A stretch of 62,856 nucleotides of DNA, the filler included. It is 6 parts of 6 records of this genome, joined end to end, with 100 filler letters (N's around TTAATTAATTAA, not from the genome) between each part and the next. Parts side by side here need not be neighbours in the genome. Positions count along the whole stretch, not along the records: positions 1 to 4,767 come from SRR20825010_6964; positions 4,868 to 12,329 come from SRR20825010_6985; 4 more parts are not named here. One strand, written 5' to 3'. A program made the translations under genes and the position numbers. Shown here piece by piece: positions 1 through 8,745 of the stretch; position 1 is the first letter of the stretch; the number at the start of each line of letters is the position of its first letter. The notes under the pieces were generated by a model. It was given only the letters and a program-made list of their open reading frames with translations, did no database searches and was not told where the DNA came from.

Positions 1-1719
1 ACCGAAAGCCTGTTGGGCTGCACACCGGACCGTTTGATTGGTGAAGCACTTGAAAACATTGTCATAAAGTCGGAACGCCCGTTGATGCGTGCGTATCTGC
101 ACACCAGCAACGGACTGAAACGGCTTGAAGAGCTTGATCTGGATTTTCAGGTTTTCGAAGCTGATGGCAGCCCGCTACAGGAATCCGTTCCTTTGTCACT
201 CAGCGGTTATATGATCGCCGACCCGTCAAGCCGATATTACATTGCCGCCCGTCACCGTGCGATTCGCCCGCGTGCCCGTTCCGGCATAGACCGAATTATT
301 CTGCAAAACGCCGTTATTCGACAAAACCAAAACGCCGAAACCCGCCATGCAGCAACCTTGACCGATAAGGCGGCCGCCTCCTATCACAGCGAGGCCTTGG
401 TCGTACTTGAAAATCTGGCAGCGTCGCGTTCACAGGCCGAGACCGCTGCAACGAATGAACTCGCCCGCCTGATCGGCATTGGCGTGAAACAATTCGCACC
501 GTCATTGACGATCAACGCGTCCTCATCGCATAAAACGATGAAAATCCACCCTGTTGACGAACCGATGATTGAACTTGAACGGCGCATTGTTGCATATGCC
601 TCAGCATTGCGTGCCGATCTTGAAGAACCGGTCCGCGACGGCTTGATGGCCTTGACCAATAGCGCGTCTTCATCTGACCCAAACACGAAACGACCTGATG
701 CATCTGACCCGTTTGGCAGTGACTATGAAAGCGCGCGTAACATTCATCATTTCGATGCTGAAAACAGTGAAAACGATCGTGAAACCAATCTGACGCGTGC
801 GGTTGCATATGCCTTGAACCGTATGCAACGCAAAGCGCAGAACGAAGTCACCGCAGCCCGGCTTTCAGCCAGCCTGCCGCATTTGATTAATGAAACGCTG
901 AAATCCGTACGCGCATTCCGCGAAATCGTTGAAAACGGATCGTTTGCCGTCGCACTTCAGCCGATTGTCCATCTTCATAGCCAGGAAATGCACCATTTCG
1001 AGGCCCTCGCCCGGTTTAACATCGGCAACAGCCCGCTTGCTGTCGATCAGATCATTCACTTTGCCGAAGGCACAGGACTGATCACTGAATTTGACTTGGC
1101 GATGTGCAGCAAGGTTCTCGATCACTTGCGTGATGGCGCAGACAACATCCCCTTCCCGGTCGCAGTGAACCTTTCAGGACATTCACTAGAACAGACCGGA
1201 TTCCTGCCTGCATTGGTGGAACTTCTTGATCAATACGATATTGCACCACATAGGGTCTTGTTTGAAGTCACCGAAACGTCGCGTATCCGCGGACTTACCG
1301 ATGTGAATAACGGACTGCAGATTTTGCGCAAACGTGGTCATGAAATCTGTCTGGATGATTTTGGTGCCGGTGCCGCGAATTTTGAATATCTCAGTGCTTT
1401 GGATGTCGACATTATCAAATTTGATGGTGGTGCGATGCGCACGGCACTTGCAAATCCCAAAGGTCGCGCCTTCCTGAAGGCGACCGCCCTTCTGTGTCAT
1501 GACCTTGGCATCCACACCATTGCCGAAATGATCCATGATCAGGCCAGCTACGAAATGGTGCGCGATCTGGGCATTGATTATGGCCAAGGCTACCATCTTG
1601 GTCCGCCAGTCACGATTGGCAGCCAGGATGGCTATGACAAAGCAAATGCCACAACAGCGACCGACATCTCGTCGGAAGAAAATATTGATGTCTCGGCCAT
1701 AACAGGAGGACGCGCATGA
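1..1719 (+). CDS. EAL-domain c-di-GMP phosphodiesterase (5' truncated by window start)
   Basis: C-terminal EAL domain with HFEAL, AVNLS, FEVTET, DDFGAG, IIKFDG and QGY motifs; frame is open from base 1. Confidence 0.9.
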   Translation, partial: TESLLGCTPDRLIGEALENIVIKSERPLMRAYLHTSNGLKRLEELDLDFQVFEADGSPLQESVPLSLSGYMIADPSSRYYIAARHRAIRPRARSGIDRIILQNAVIRQNQNAETRHAATLTDKAAASYHSEALVVLENLAASRSQAETAATNELARLIGIGVKQFAPSLTINASSSHKTMKIHPVDEPMIELERRIVAYASALRADLEEPVRDGLMALTNSASSSDPNTKRPDASDPFGSDYESARNIHHFDAENSENDRETNLTRAVAYALNRMQRKAQNEVTAARLSASLPHLINETLKSVRAFREIVENGSFAVALQPIVHLHSQEMHHFEALARFNIGNSPLAVDQIIHFAEGTGLITEFDLAMCSKVLDHLRDGADNIPFPVAVNLSGHSLEQTGFLPALVELLDQYDIAPHRVLFEVTETSRIRGLTDVNNGLQILRKRGHEICLDDFGAGAANFEYLSALDVDIIKFDGGAMRTALANPKGRAFLKATALLCHDLGIHTIAEMIHDQASYEMVRDLGIDYGQGYHLGPPVTIGSQDGYDKANATTATDISSEENIDVSAITGGRA

Positions 1720-3452
1720 CTTCCCGTCACCCTGTCAACACCGCATCGTTAAGTGCTGACGCAATCGATGATCTGATCAGCTATGATGCCAGCGTTTTCA
1801 CCCTTGATCCCAAAGTCATGGCGCAGGCAGAAGCCCCCGTCATCGTCATGGATGCCCACGGGGTTCCGTTATTTGCCAATAAGAACGCTGTCGGGTTTGC
1901 CAAAGGCATCCGCGATGGTCTGTTCCCTGAAATTTATCAACTGATCCGCCGGACACTAACCACCCCCGGTGGTGTGGTTGAAATGATGACTTTTGAAGTT
2001 CAGCGCGGCACAGCAACACTTGAACTGACCGCCCTTCCGACCGGTAGTAATCAGGTCATGATTTTGCCGCGTGACGTCAGCATGGATCGTAATTTACGCG
2101 AAGCCCTGATTGATTCGCGCCAAAGATATCGCGACATTGTCGAAGTTTCCTCGGCCTTTGCCTGGGAAACCGATGAAACAGGCAAGTTTGTTTTTGTCTC
2201 ACCGCGTGGGGCATTGGGGTATCGTGCAGATGATATCGTCGGGCGCTTCCCGCGAAACTTCCTGCTTGATACTGTTGATCAGGACAGTGAACACGTTTTC
2301 CGCAGTCAGAAAGCTGTCCGTGATGTACCGGTCTGGTTCCGTCGGTCAAACGGCAATGATGCCTGCCTGTCTGTGTCGTCGACCCCTGTCTATTCACGTG
2401 AAGGACGCTGGACCGGCACCCGCGGTCTGGCCCATGACATCACCGAACAGCGCCGCCGCGAAAGCGAAGTCTCGACCGCACGAAACCGTGACCGCCTGAT
2501 GACCTATATCGTGCGCACCATGCGTGACGAAATTGATCCTCTTATGGTTTTAAAAGGCGCATCCGAGGCCAGCACGCGTGCACTTGCCTGCTCAAACTGT
2601 GTGATTTTCAAACGCAATGACGAAACTGACGAACTTGATATCGCTGCTGGCGATGAAAGTAAGGATGCCTGTGAAGTTGCCAAGCAGGCCCTAAGCCAAC
2701 TGCAAAGCACAGAAGAACCGTTTGACGCCCAGATTGGCGAATACCGCATTTTTGCCCTGCGCTGCCATTACCATCAACGCAACAATGGCGCGGTGGTCTT
2801 TATGTTTAATGCCGATCACCCTGAACCAACGGATGGCGAACGTGCCATCATGACCGAGGTTTCAGATCAGGTCGGCATTGCAATTGAACAGGCAATCCAG
2901 CATGAACGTATTCTGACATTGTCACGCACTGACGGCATGACCGGGCTTCTGAACCGTCGCGCATTCTTTGAAGAACTCAAACGCCGCCATAGCCGATTGC
3001 AACGCGCCGCCGAACCCGCATCCCTGATGTATGTTGATATGGATAACTTCAAGCTGGTGAACGATATTCACGGCCATCAGACAGGCGATGAAGCCATCCT
3101 TGCTCTGACACATGTGCTGCAAGACAATGTGCGCCCCGCTGATTTGGTCGCGCGACTGGGCGGTGACGAATTCGTTCTGTGGCTTGAAGGAGCGGATGTA
3201 AACGCCGCCTCACGGCGTGCGAAGGTCTTGATGAAAGAAAGCGCCATTCTGACAAAATATTCCGGCGACAAAGAACATCCGCTGGGCATATCTGTGGGTA
3301 TCGCCGTTCACGAACCGTCTTCGAAAGAAGAATTACAGCATCTTGTACAACGCGCAGATCAAACCATGTATCAGGTCAAGAAACATGGCAAAGGTCGTTT
3401 TGGCATCGCTGCCGCACCCGGATCAGAAGATCCGGCAAAGATAGAAGATTAG
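1716..3452 (+). CDS. PAS-GAF-GGDEF diguanylate cyclase
   Basis: PAS (WETDETGKFVFVS), GAF-like region, TDGMTGLLNRR, DMDNFKLVND, GGDEF with RPAD I-site; ATGA overlap with the EAL gene. Confidence 0.93.
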   Translation: MTSRHPVNTASLSADAIDDLISYDASVFTLDPKVMAQAEAPVIVMDAHGVPLFANKNAVGFAKGIRDGLFPEIYQLIRRTLTTPGGVVEMMTFEVQRGTATLELTALPTGSNQVMILPRDVSMDRNLREALIDSRQRYRDIVEVSSAFAWETDETGKFVFVSPRGALGYRADDIVGRFPRNFLLDTVDQDSEHVFRSQKAVRDVPVWFRRSNGNDACLSVSSTPVYSREGRWTGTRGLAHDITEQRRRESEVSTARNRDRLMTYIVRTMRDEIDPLMVLKGASEASTRALACSNCVIFKRNDETDELDIAAGDESKDACEVAKQALSQLQSTEEPFDAQIGEYRIFALRCHYHQRNNGAVVFMFNADHPEPTDGERAIMTEVSDQVGIAIEQAIQHERILTLSRTDGMTGLLNRRAFFEELKRRHSRLQRAAEPASLMYVDMDNFKLVNDIHGHQTGDEAILALTHVLQDNVRPADLVARLGGDEFVLWLEGADVNAASRRAKVLMKESAILTKYSGDKEHPLGISVGIAVHEPSSKEELQHLVQRADQTMYQVKKHGKGRFGIAAAPGSEDPAKIED

Positions 3453-3464
3453 GAGGAATACCCG

Positions 3465-4767
3465 ATGAAGGGATTTTTGCAGCGGGTCTTCACCAAACGG
3501 CGCGAAACCCCGATTACCTATGACGAAGCCAAGGAAATGGCAGGAAGCCCGGATGCAGATGTCCGTGGCAAGCTTGCACAGCGCCATGATACGCGTCCTG
3601 AAATCCTGTATTTCCTTGCTACCGACAACGATTCTTCTGTCCGTCGTCATATTGCTGCAAACGAAGCGACCCCGGTTCAGGCCGATGTTCTTCTGACCGA
3701 TGATTCCGATGACAGCGTACGTGGCAGTCTTGCTGAAAAAATCGCACATCTCTCGGCTGGTCTGACACCAAATGAAACCGACAAACTGCGTCGGATGACC
3801 TATGAGGCGCTTGATAAACTCGCACGAGATCAGGCTGTCCATGTCCGTCAGGTAATTTCTGAAACTCTCAAAGACATTGCCGAAGCACCACAACCAATCA
3901 TCCAGCAACTTGCCCGTGATGCCGAAAGTGTCGTTTGCGGTCCGGTTCTTCAATATTCGCCGGTTCTGAGCGAAGAAGACCTTCTTGAAATCATCGAAGG
4001 CAGTTCCGGGCGTGGCGCGCTAAGCTTTGTCTCGCGCCGCCGCAATGTCGGCGAAAAACTTTCAGATGCCATTGCGTCAAGCAGCGACAAGGATGCGATT
4101 TCGCACCTTTTGGGCAACAAATCCGCCCAGATTCGTGAAGAAACCCTTGATCAACTGATCGATCGCGCACCGGATTATCCGGAATGGCACGAACCATTGG
4201 TTGAACGTCAGCACTTACCGCCAACAGCGGCAGGAAAACTGGCCAGATTTGTTGCCGAAAACCTGATCAGCGTGCTTGAACGGCGCAAGGACCTTAAAAA
4301 AGAACAGCTTGATGCTGTGCGCGAGGTCGTGCAGCGGCGCATTGCGTCTGGTGAATTCGAAAAACGCGACGAAGCACCGGAAGATACCAAAAAACAAAAG
4401 GGCAAAAAGGCTGACAAAGCCGAGGCCAAAGATAAAGGCGGCAAAGCCGAAACCCCTGCTGCCGGTAAAACGGCTGCTGATGGCGAGGAAGAAGAAGAGG
4501 AGCCAGCTTACGAAAAGGCCCTTGCACTTCATGCCAAGAAAAAGCTCACCGACAAGGAAGTTGCAAAGGCATTGGCAGCGAATGATATAAAATTTGCCCG
4601 TGCAGCCCTGTCTGTTTTGGCAGGCATACCGCCAGAAGCCGTTACCAAGGTTCTTAACACCCACTCGGCAAAGGGTGTTGTTTCATTAGCATGGAAAGCA
4701 GGCCTTCCGGCGGATCTTGCGGTGAAAATCCAGGTCAAACTTGGTCACGTCCCGCCAAGCCAGACAC
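3465..4767 (+). CDS. DUF2336 family protein (3' truncated)
   Basis: HEAT/LRV-like helical repeats then LARDAESVVCGPVLQYSPVLSEEDL and LLGNKSAQI typical of DUF2336; AGGAGG RBS. Confidence 0.8.
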
Positions 4768-4867
4768 NNNNNNNNNNNNNNNNNNNNNNNNNNNNNNNNN
4801 NNNNNNNNNNNTTAATTAATTAANNNNNNNNNNNNNNNNNNNNNNNNNNNNNNNNNNNNNNNNNNNN
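4768..4867. other. Artificial contig linker N44-TTAATTAATTAA-N44
   Basis: 100-nt spacer with six-frame stop linker at 4812-4823, identical at five positions. Confidence 0.99.
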
Positions 4868-5213
4868 GCCATCCGCCCTTGCCCTTGTGGTACATCGGGA
4901 AGCTCTTGCCATCGACCACGACATCAATGGTCGAGCCCTCCCTGAGCGTGAAGCCCATCATTGCCTGCGGCTCGAGCGAAACGTTCTGGCCGGGATATTT
5001 CGTCACCACGAAGAAATTGTCGCCGTGATCGACATTGGCCGGGTCCTTCTTGGCCGGCACCGAAAGGGCGTAGCACACCTTGCCGGCATCCGACTGGTAG
5101 GAATAGGCGACCCATGCATCGAATTTCTGGATGGGAGTCGGCGTCTGCGCTGAAGCGATCGAGGCGCCGGTGAATAGAAGTACCAGTACGAGGACGATTC
5201 TTTTTGCAAACAT
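4868..5213 (-). CDS. Invasion-associated locus B (IalB) family secreted protein (3' truncated)
   Basis: Signal peptide then FDAWVAY...GKVCYALSVP pattern. Confidence 0.75.
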
Positions 5214-5436
5214 ATGATCCTGCCGATTTTCTCTACTTTAGGGTGGCCGCGGCACCATAAAGGCGCGCGTCCCGCAACTTTGAGACCTAGCTAATTACAT
5301 ACGCATACGAGGTTACCAAAATCTCAACACCGAAACGGTTTCCGGTCTGGCTCTGCGTATGGGCGACCCGATGATTATGACACGACAAATGCCGCCAATC
5401 ACGGCAAGATTGCGGCAGAGGCGGATCGAAATCCCG

Positions 5437-5814
5437 TCAGTCCTTGCGGATCGCCGCCAACGCCGAATCCGCGCGGTCATAATGCTCGTCGTCAATGTTC
5501 CTGCGGATCATGGTCAACGCCGTGGTCAGCACCGCCAGATCGTCGGTGAAGCCGACGAACAGGAAGATATCCGGAATGAGGTCGGCGGGCATGATGAAAT
5601 AGGCCAGCGCCCCATAAAGCACGACCCGCGCGCCAAGCGGCGTGGTGCGGTCGGTCGCGCAATAATAGGCGGCAACGGCATCGCGGGCAAACGGGATGCG
5701 CGCCGCCGTACGGGTCAGCTTGTGCCAGAAGCCATGGCGCACGATCCGCTCGTTTTCGGCCTGCGTTTCCTCGTCGCCCGGCTCAAGAATGTCGCCATAT
5801 TTGATATCGCTCAT
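5437..5814 (-). CDS. YkvA/DUF1232 family protein
   Basis: ALAYFIMPADLIPD...VGFTDD signature. Confidence 0.9.
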   Translation of the reverse strand: MSDIKYGDILEPGDEETQAENERIVRHGFWHKLTRTAARIPFARDAVAAYYCATDRTTPLGARVVLYGALAYFIMPADLIPDIFLFVGFTDDLAVLTTALTMIRRNIDDEHYDRADSALAAIRKD

Positions 5815-5853
5815 GACAAACTCCCTGTTATCGCGGATATAGGGCGGGCGAGA

Positions 5854-6159
5854 TCAAATACCATAGCGCCGGGCCGCCGCATCCATGATCTTCGACATCT
5901 CGATATCGCGGGCGGAAACGCCGCCGGAGGAATGGGTGGTCAGCGACACGCCGACCCTGTTATAGACGTTGTTCCAGGATGGATGATGATCGAGCCGCTC
6001 GGCGGCAAGCGCGCATTCGCTCATGAAGGCAAAGGCCTCGCGAAAATCGGCGAACTTGAAATCGCGGGTGATCGCGGTCTCGTCTTCGGCAAGCGCCCAG
6101 CCATCACGCGCGCCAAGTGCGGCGCTCAGTTCTTCCGGTTCCAGTCGGGTGTCATCCAT
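5854..6159 (-). CDS. Pterin-4-alpha-carbinolamine dehydratase
   Basis: AERLDHHPSWNNVYNRV...LTTHS motif; start placed at MDDTRL after a GGAGG RBS. Confidence 0.92.
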   Translation of the reverse strand: MDDTRLEPEELSAALGARDGWALAEDETAITRDFKFADFREAFAFMSECALAAERLDHHPSWNNVYNRVGVSLTTHSSGGVSARDIEMSKIMDAAARRYGI

Positions 6160-6206
6160 GGCATCCTCCATCAACACAATACCGTTCACGAAATTGCGCA
6201 AACATC

Positions 6207-6677
6207 ATGGCACAACCTGAAAAACACGCCGTCCTGTTCGTCTGCAGCGGCAATATCTGCCGCTCGCCGCTGGCCGAAGGCATCTTCGCCCATCTCGTCA
6301 ACAAGGCCGGGCGTGGTGACGATTTCAGGCTGGATTCGGCCGGCATCGGCAACTGGCACCAGGGGGAACTGCCGGACCCGCGCTCAAGGGCAACGGCAAT
6401 CCGCCATGGCTTCGATATCTCCGGGCAGCGCGCCCGTCAGATCACGCGGCAGGATTTCAGCCGGTTTCCGCTGATCCTCGGCATGGATTTCAACAATGTC
6501 ACGGCGCTCAACCGCCTCGCAGGTCAAAATCCGGGCGCGACCGTGGCGCTATTCAGCGAGTACACGCTCGGCCGCCGCGAAGAGATCCCCGACCCCTATT
6601 ACGACGAGGAAGACGGGTTCGAGGCCGTCTACCACATGCTGTTGGCGGGCTGCCAGTCGCTGCTGTCGAAGCTGTAG
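6207..6677 (+). CDS. Low-molecular-weight protein-tyrosine phosphatase
   Basis: VLFVCSGNICRSP P-loop and IPDPYY motif. Confidence 0.95.
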   Translation: MAQPEKHAVLFVCSGNICRSPLAEGIFAHLVNKAGRGDDFRLDSAGIGNWHQGELPDPRSRATAIRHGFDISGQRARQITRQDFSRFPLILGMDFNNVTALNRLAGQNPGATVALFSEYTLGRREEIPDPYYDEEDGFEAVYHMLLAGCQSLLSKL

Positions 6678-7222
6678 GCATCCATCGGATCGTAGAGGTC
6701 GAACGCCTCCTCGACCTTGTAGGGGCCGCCGCCGACCGAATCACGCGAGGACATCAGCACGAAGCGCCCGGCGGTGAACGGCAGCGTCTGGAAATTGCCG
6801 CGGGCGGAAAGATAATCGACAACGTCGGGCACCTTGGTGCCGCGCAGCCGCGCCAGCGTGACATGGGGCATGAATTTGCGCGGATCAGCCCTGAGCCCCA
6901 GCCTTTGACAGATACGGTCGATATCGCCCTGCAGCGCAAAAAGATCGGGCGATGGCGAAACCCCGGCCCAGATCGCATGCGGCTTCTTGGAACCGAAATG
7001 GCCGGTTCCGGCGAGCGTCAGCCTGAAGGACGGGCGCTCGATCCGGTCAAGCCAGTGGACGACCTCGTCGGCAGTGCGGAAGTCGACATCGCCGATGAAC
7101 CGCAAGGTGATGTGGTAGTTCTCCACATCGATCCAGCGGGCCCCGGGCAGGCCGCCGCGCAACAGCGAAAGACTCAATGCCTGTTCGCGCGGGATTTCGA
7201 GGGCGGTGAAAATTCTCGGCAT
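6629..7222 (-). CDS. thpR: RNA 2',3'-cyclic phosphodiesterase (2H family)
   Basis: MPRIFTALEIP start; two HxT motifs (YHITL, PHVTL). Confidence 0.92.
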   Translation of the reverse strand: MPRIFTALEIPREQALSLSLLRGGLPGARWIDVENYHITLRFIGDVDFRTADEVVHWLDRIERPSFRLTLAGTGHFGSKKPHAIWAGVSPSPDLFALQGDIDRICQRLGLRADPRKFMPHVTLARLRGTKVPDVVDYLSARGNFQTLPFTAGRFVLMSSRDSVGGGPYKVEEAFDLYDPMDAYSFDSSDWQPANSMW

Positions 7223-7287
7223 GGCGAGCTCCCCGAATCTGCTAGTCACAGCCTCAGCGAATCACTTAACCAGCCTTGAGGCAAGCG

Positions 7288-7941
7288 TTATTTTGACTGT
7301 CCCCCGCTCGATGGCCGGATCGACCGGATGAAGGCCTCGACGCTTTGGAGCGAGTTTTCGACCATCACTTCCACCCCCGCCGCATTCGGATGCATGCCGT
7401 CGGCAAGCTGGTATTGAGCATGGGTGGCGACCCCGTCGAGGAAGAACGGATAGAGCTGCAGTCCGTATTCGCTGGCGAGTTCGGAATAGATCGGGTTGAA
7501 GTCGGCGGCGTAATCGGACCCCATATTGGGCGGCGCCATCATGCCCATCAGCATCACCGGAATTTCGCGGTTCTGCAGCCTTTCGACGATCGCCGACAGG
7601 TTTTCCGCCGCCTGCTGCGGTGCGAGACCGCGCAGCGCGTCGTTGGCGCCGAGTTCCAGGATCACGCCATTGGTGCCATCAGGCACCGACCAGTCGAGCC
7701 GCGCGAGCCCGCCGCTGGTGGTATCCCCGGAGACGCCGGCATTGGTGACCGCGACATCATACCCCGCCTGCCGGAGCGCTGTTTCAAGCCTGGTCGGATA
7801 ATCCTCGCCGGGCGCGAGTTCGTAACCGGCGACGAGACTGTCGCCGAGCACGACGATCTCCAGCGGCGTTTCAGCCCGTGCCGGGGCCGCGAAAATCGCC
7901 AAACCGGCAAAAACAATCGGCGCTGTCGCTTTTAATCGCAT
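7288..7941 (-). CDS. tesA: Arylesterase/acyl-CoA thioesterase I (SGNH/GDSL)
   Basis: Signal peptide, GDSL, NAGVSGDTT, ELGAND, DGMHPN; divergent from ybbAP-type ABC genes. Confidence 0.9.
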   Translation of the reverse strand: MRLKATAPIVFAGLAIFAAPARAETPLEIVVLGDSLVAGYELAPGEDYPTRLETALRQAGYDVAVTNAGVSGDTTSGGLARLDWSVPDGTNGVILELGANDALRGLAPQQAAENLSAIVERLQNREIPVMLMGMMAPPNMGSDYAADFNPIYSELASEYGLQLYPFFLDGVATHAQYQLADGMHPNAAGVEVMVENSLQSVEAFIRSIRPSSGGQSK

Positions 7942-8052
7942 GTTCGAACTCCTAAATCCAGTTTTCCACCGCAATTCCGGTCCATGCGGGCCGTCGCTGC
8001 GTATTCCTCTATGTGTTGAGCCGAGCATCGAATTTCAAAGCGGGAAACGATT

Positions 8053-8745
8053 TTGTCCGAAAAACTGATTGCACTTGAAGACGCCCACCTGACCCTTGGC
8101 AGGGGAACCGCCGCCGTTCATGTGCTGAAGGGCATGTCGCTTGAAATCGGCAGAGGCGAATCCGTCGGCATTCTGGGCCCGTCCGGCTCCGGCAAATCGA
8201 CGCTGCTGATGGTGATCGCCGGCCTCGAACGGCTCGACAGCGGCGAGATCACCATCATCGACACGCCGCTTTCGGGCCTTTCGGAAGATGCGCTTGCCGC
8301 CTTCAGGGGCGAGAATGTCGGCATCGTGTTCCAGTCCTTCCATCTGATCGCCAACATGACCGCGCTGGAAAACGCCGCGATCCCGCTGGAGCTTGCCGGC
8401 AGGCGGGATGCCTTCGAGCGCGCCCGCGCGGCTCTGGAAAGCGTCGGCCTCGGCCATCGCCTCAGCCACTATCCGGGCCAGCTTTCCGGCGGCGAGCAGC
8501 AACGCGTGGCGATTGCCCGCGCGCTGGCCCCCGAACCGGCGGTGCTGATCGCCGACGAGCCGACCGGCAATCTCGACGGCGATACCGGCGCCCAGATCGC
8601 CGACCTTCTGTTTGCCCGCCAGCGCGAGATGGGCACCACGCTTGTGCTGGTCACCCATGATGCAGCGCTTGCCGCGCGCTGCGACCGGCAGGTCCAGGTT
8701 CGTTCCGGCGAAATCGTCGCCCCTGCCGGGCTCGCCGCGCAATGA
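8053..8745 (+). CDS. ABC transporter ATP-binding protein (YbbA/LolD-like)
   Basis: GPSGSGKST, LSGGEQQRV, ADEPTGNLD, VTHD; TTG start. Confidence 0.95.
   Translation: MSEKLIALEDAHLTLGRGTAAVHVLKGMSLEIGRGESVGILGPSGSGKSTLLMVIAGLERLDSGEITIIDTPLSGLSEDALAAFRGENVGIVFQSFHLIANMTALENAAIPLELAGRRDAFERARAALESVGLGHRLSHYPGQLSGGEQQRVAIARALAPEPAVLIADEPTGNLDGDTGAQIADLLFARQREMGTTLVLVTHDAALAARCDRQVQVRSGEIVAPAGLAAQ

Noticed and set aside
4812-4823. TTAATTAATTAA repeated five times, as a biological repeat, CtrA site or att site
   Set aside because: Always centred in N44 runs; it is a synthetic six-frame stop linker
5359-6474. 371-aa + strand ORF
   Set aside because: Shadow ORF overlapping the well-supported ykvA, PCD and PTP genes; no motifs
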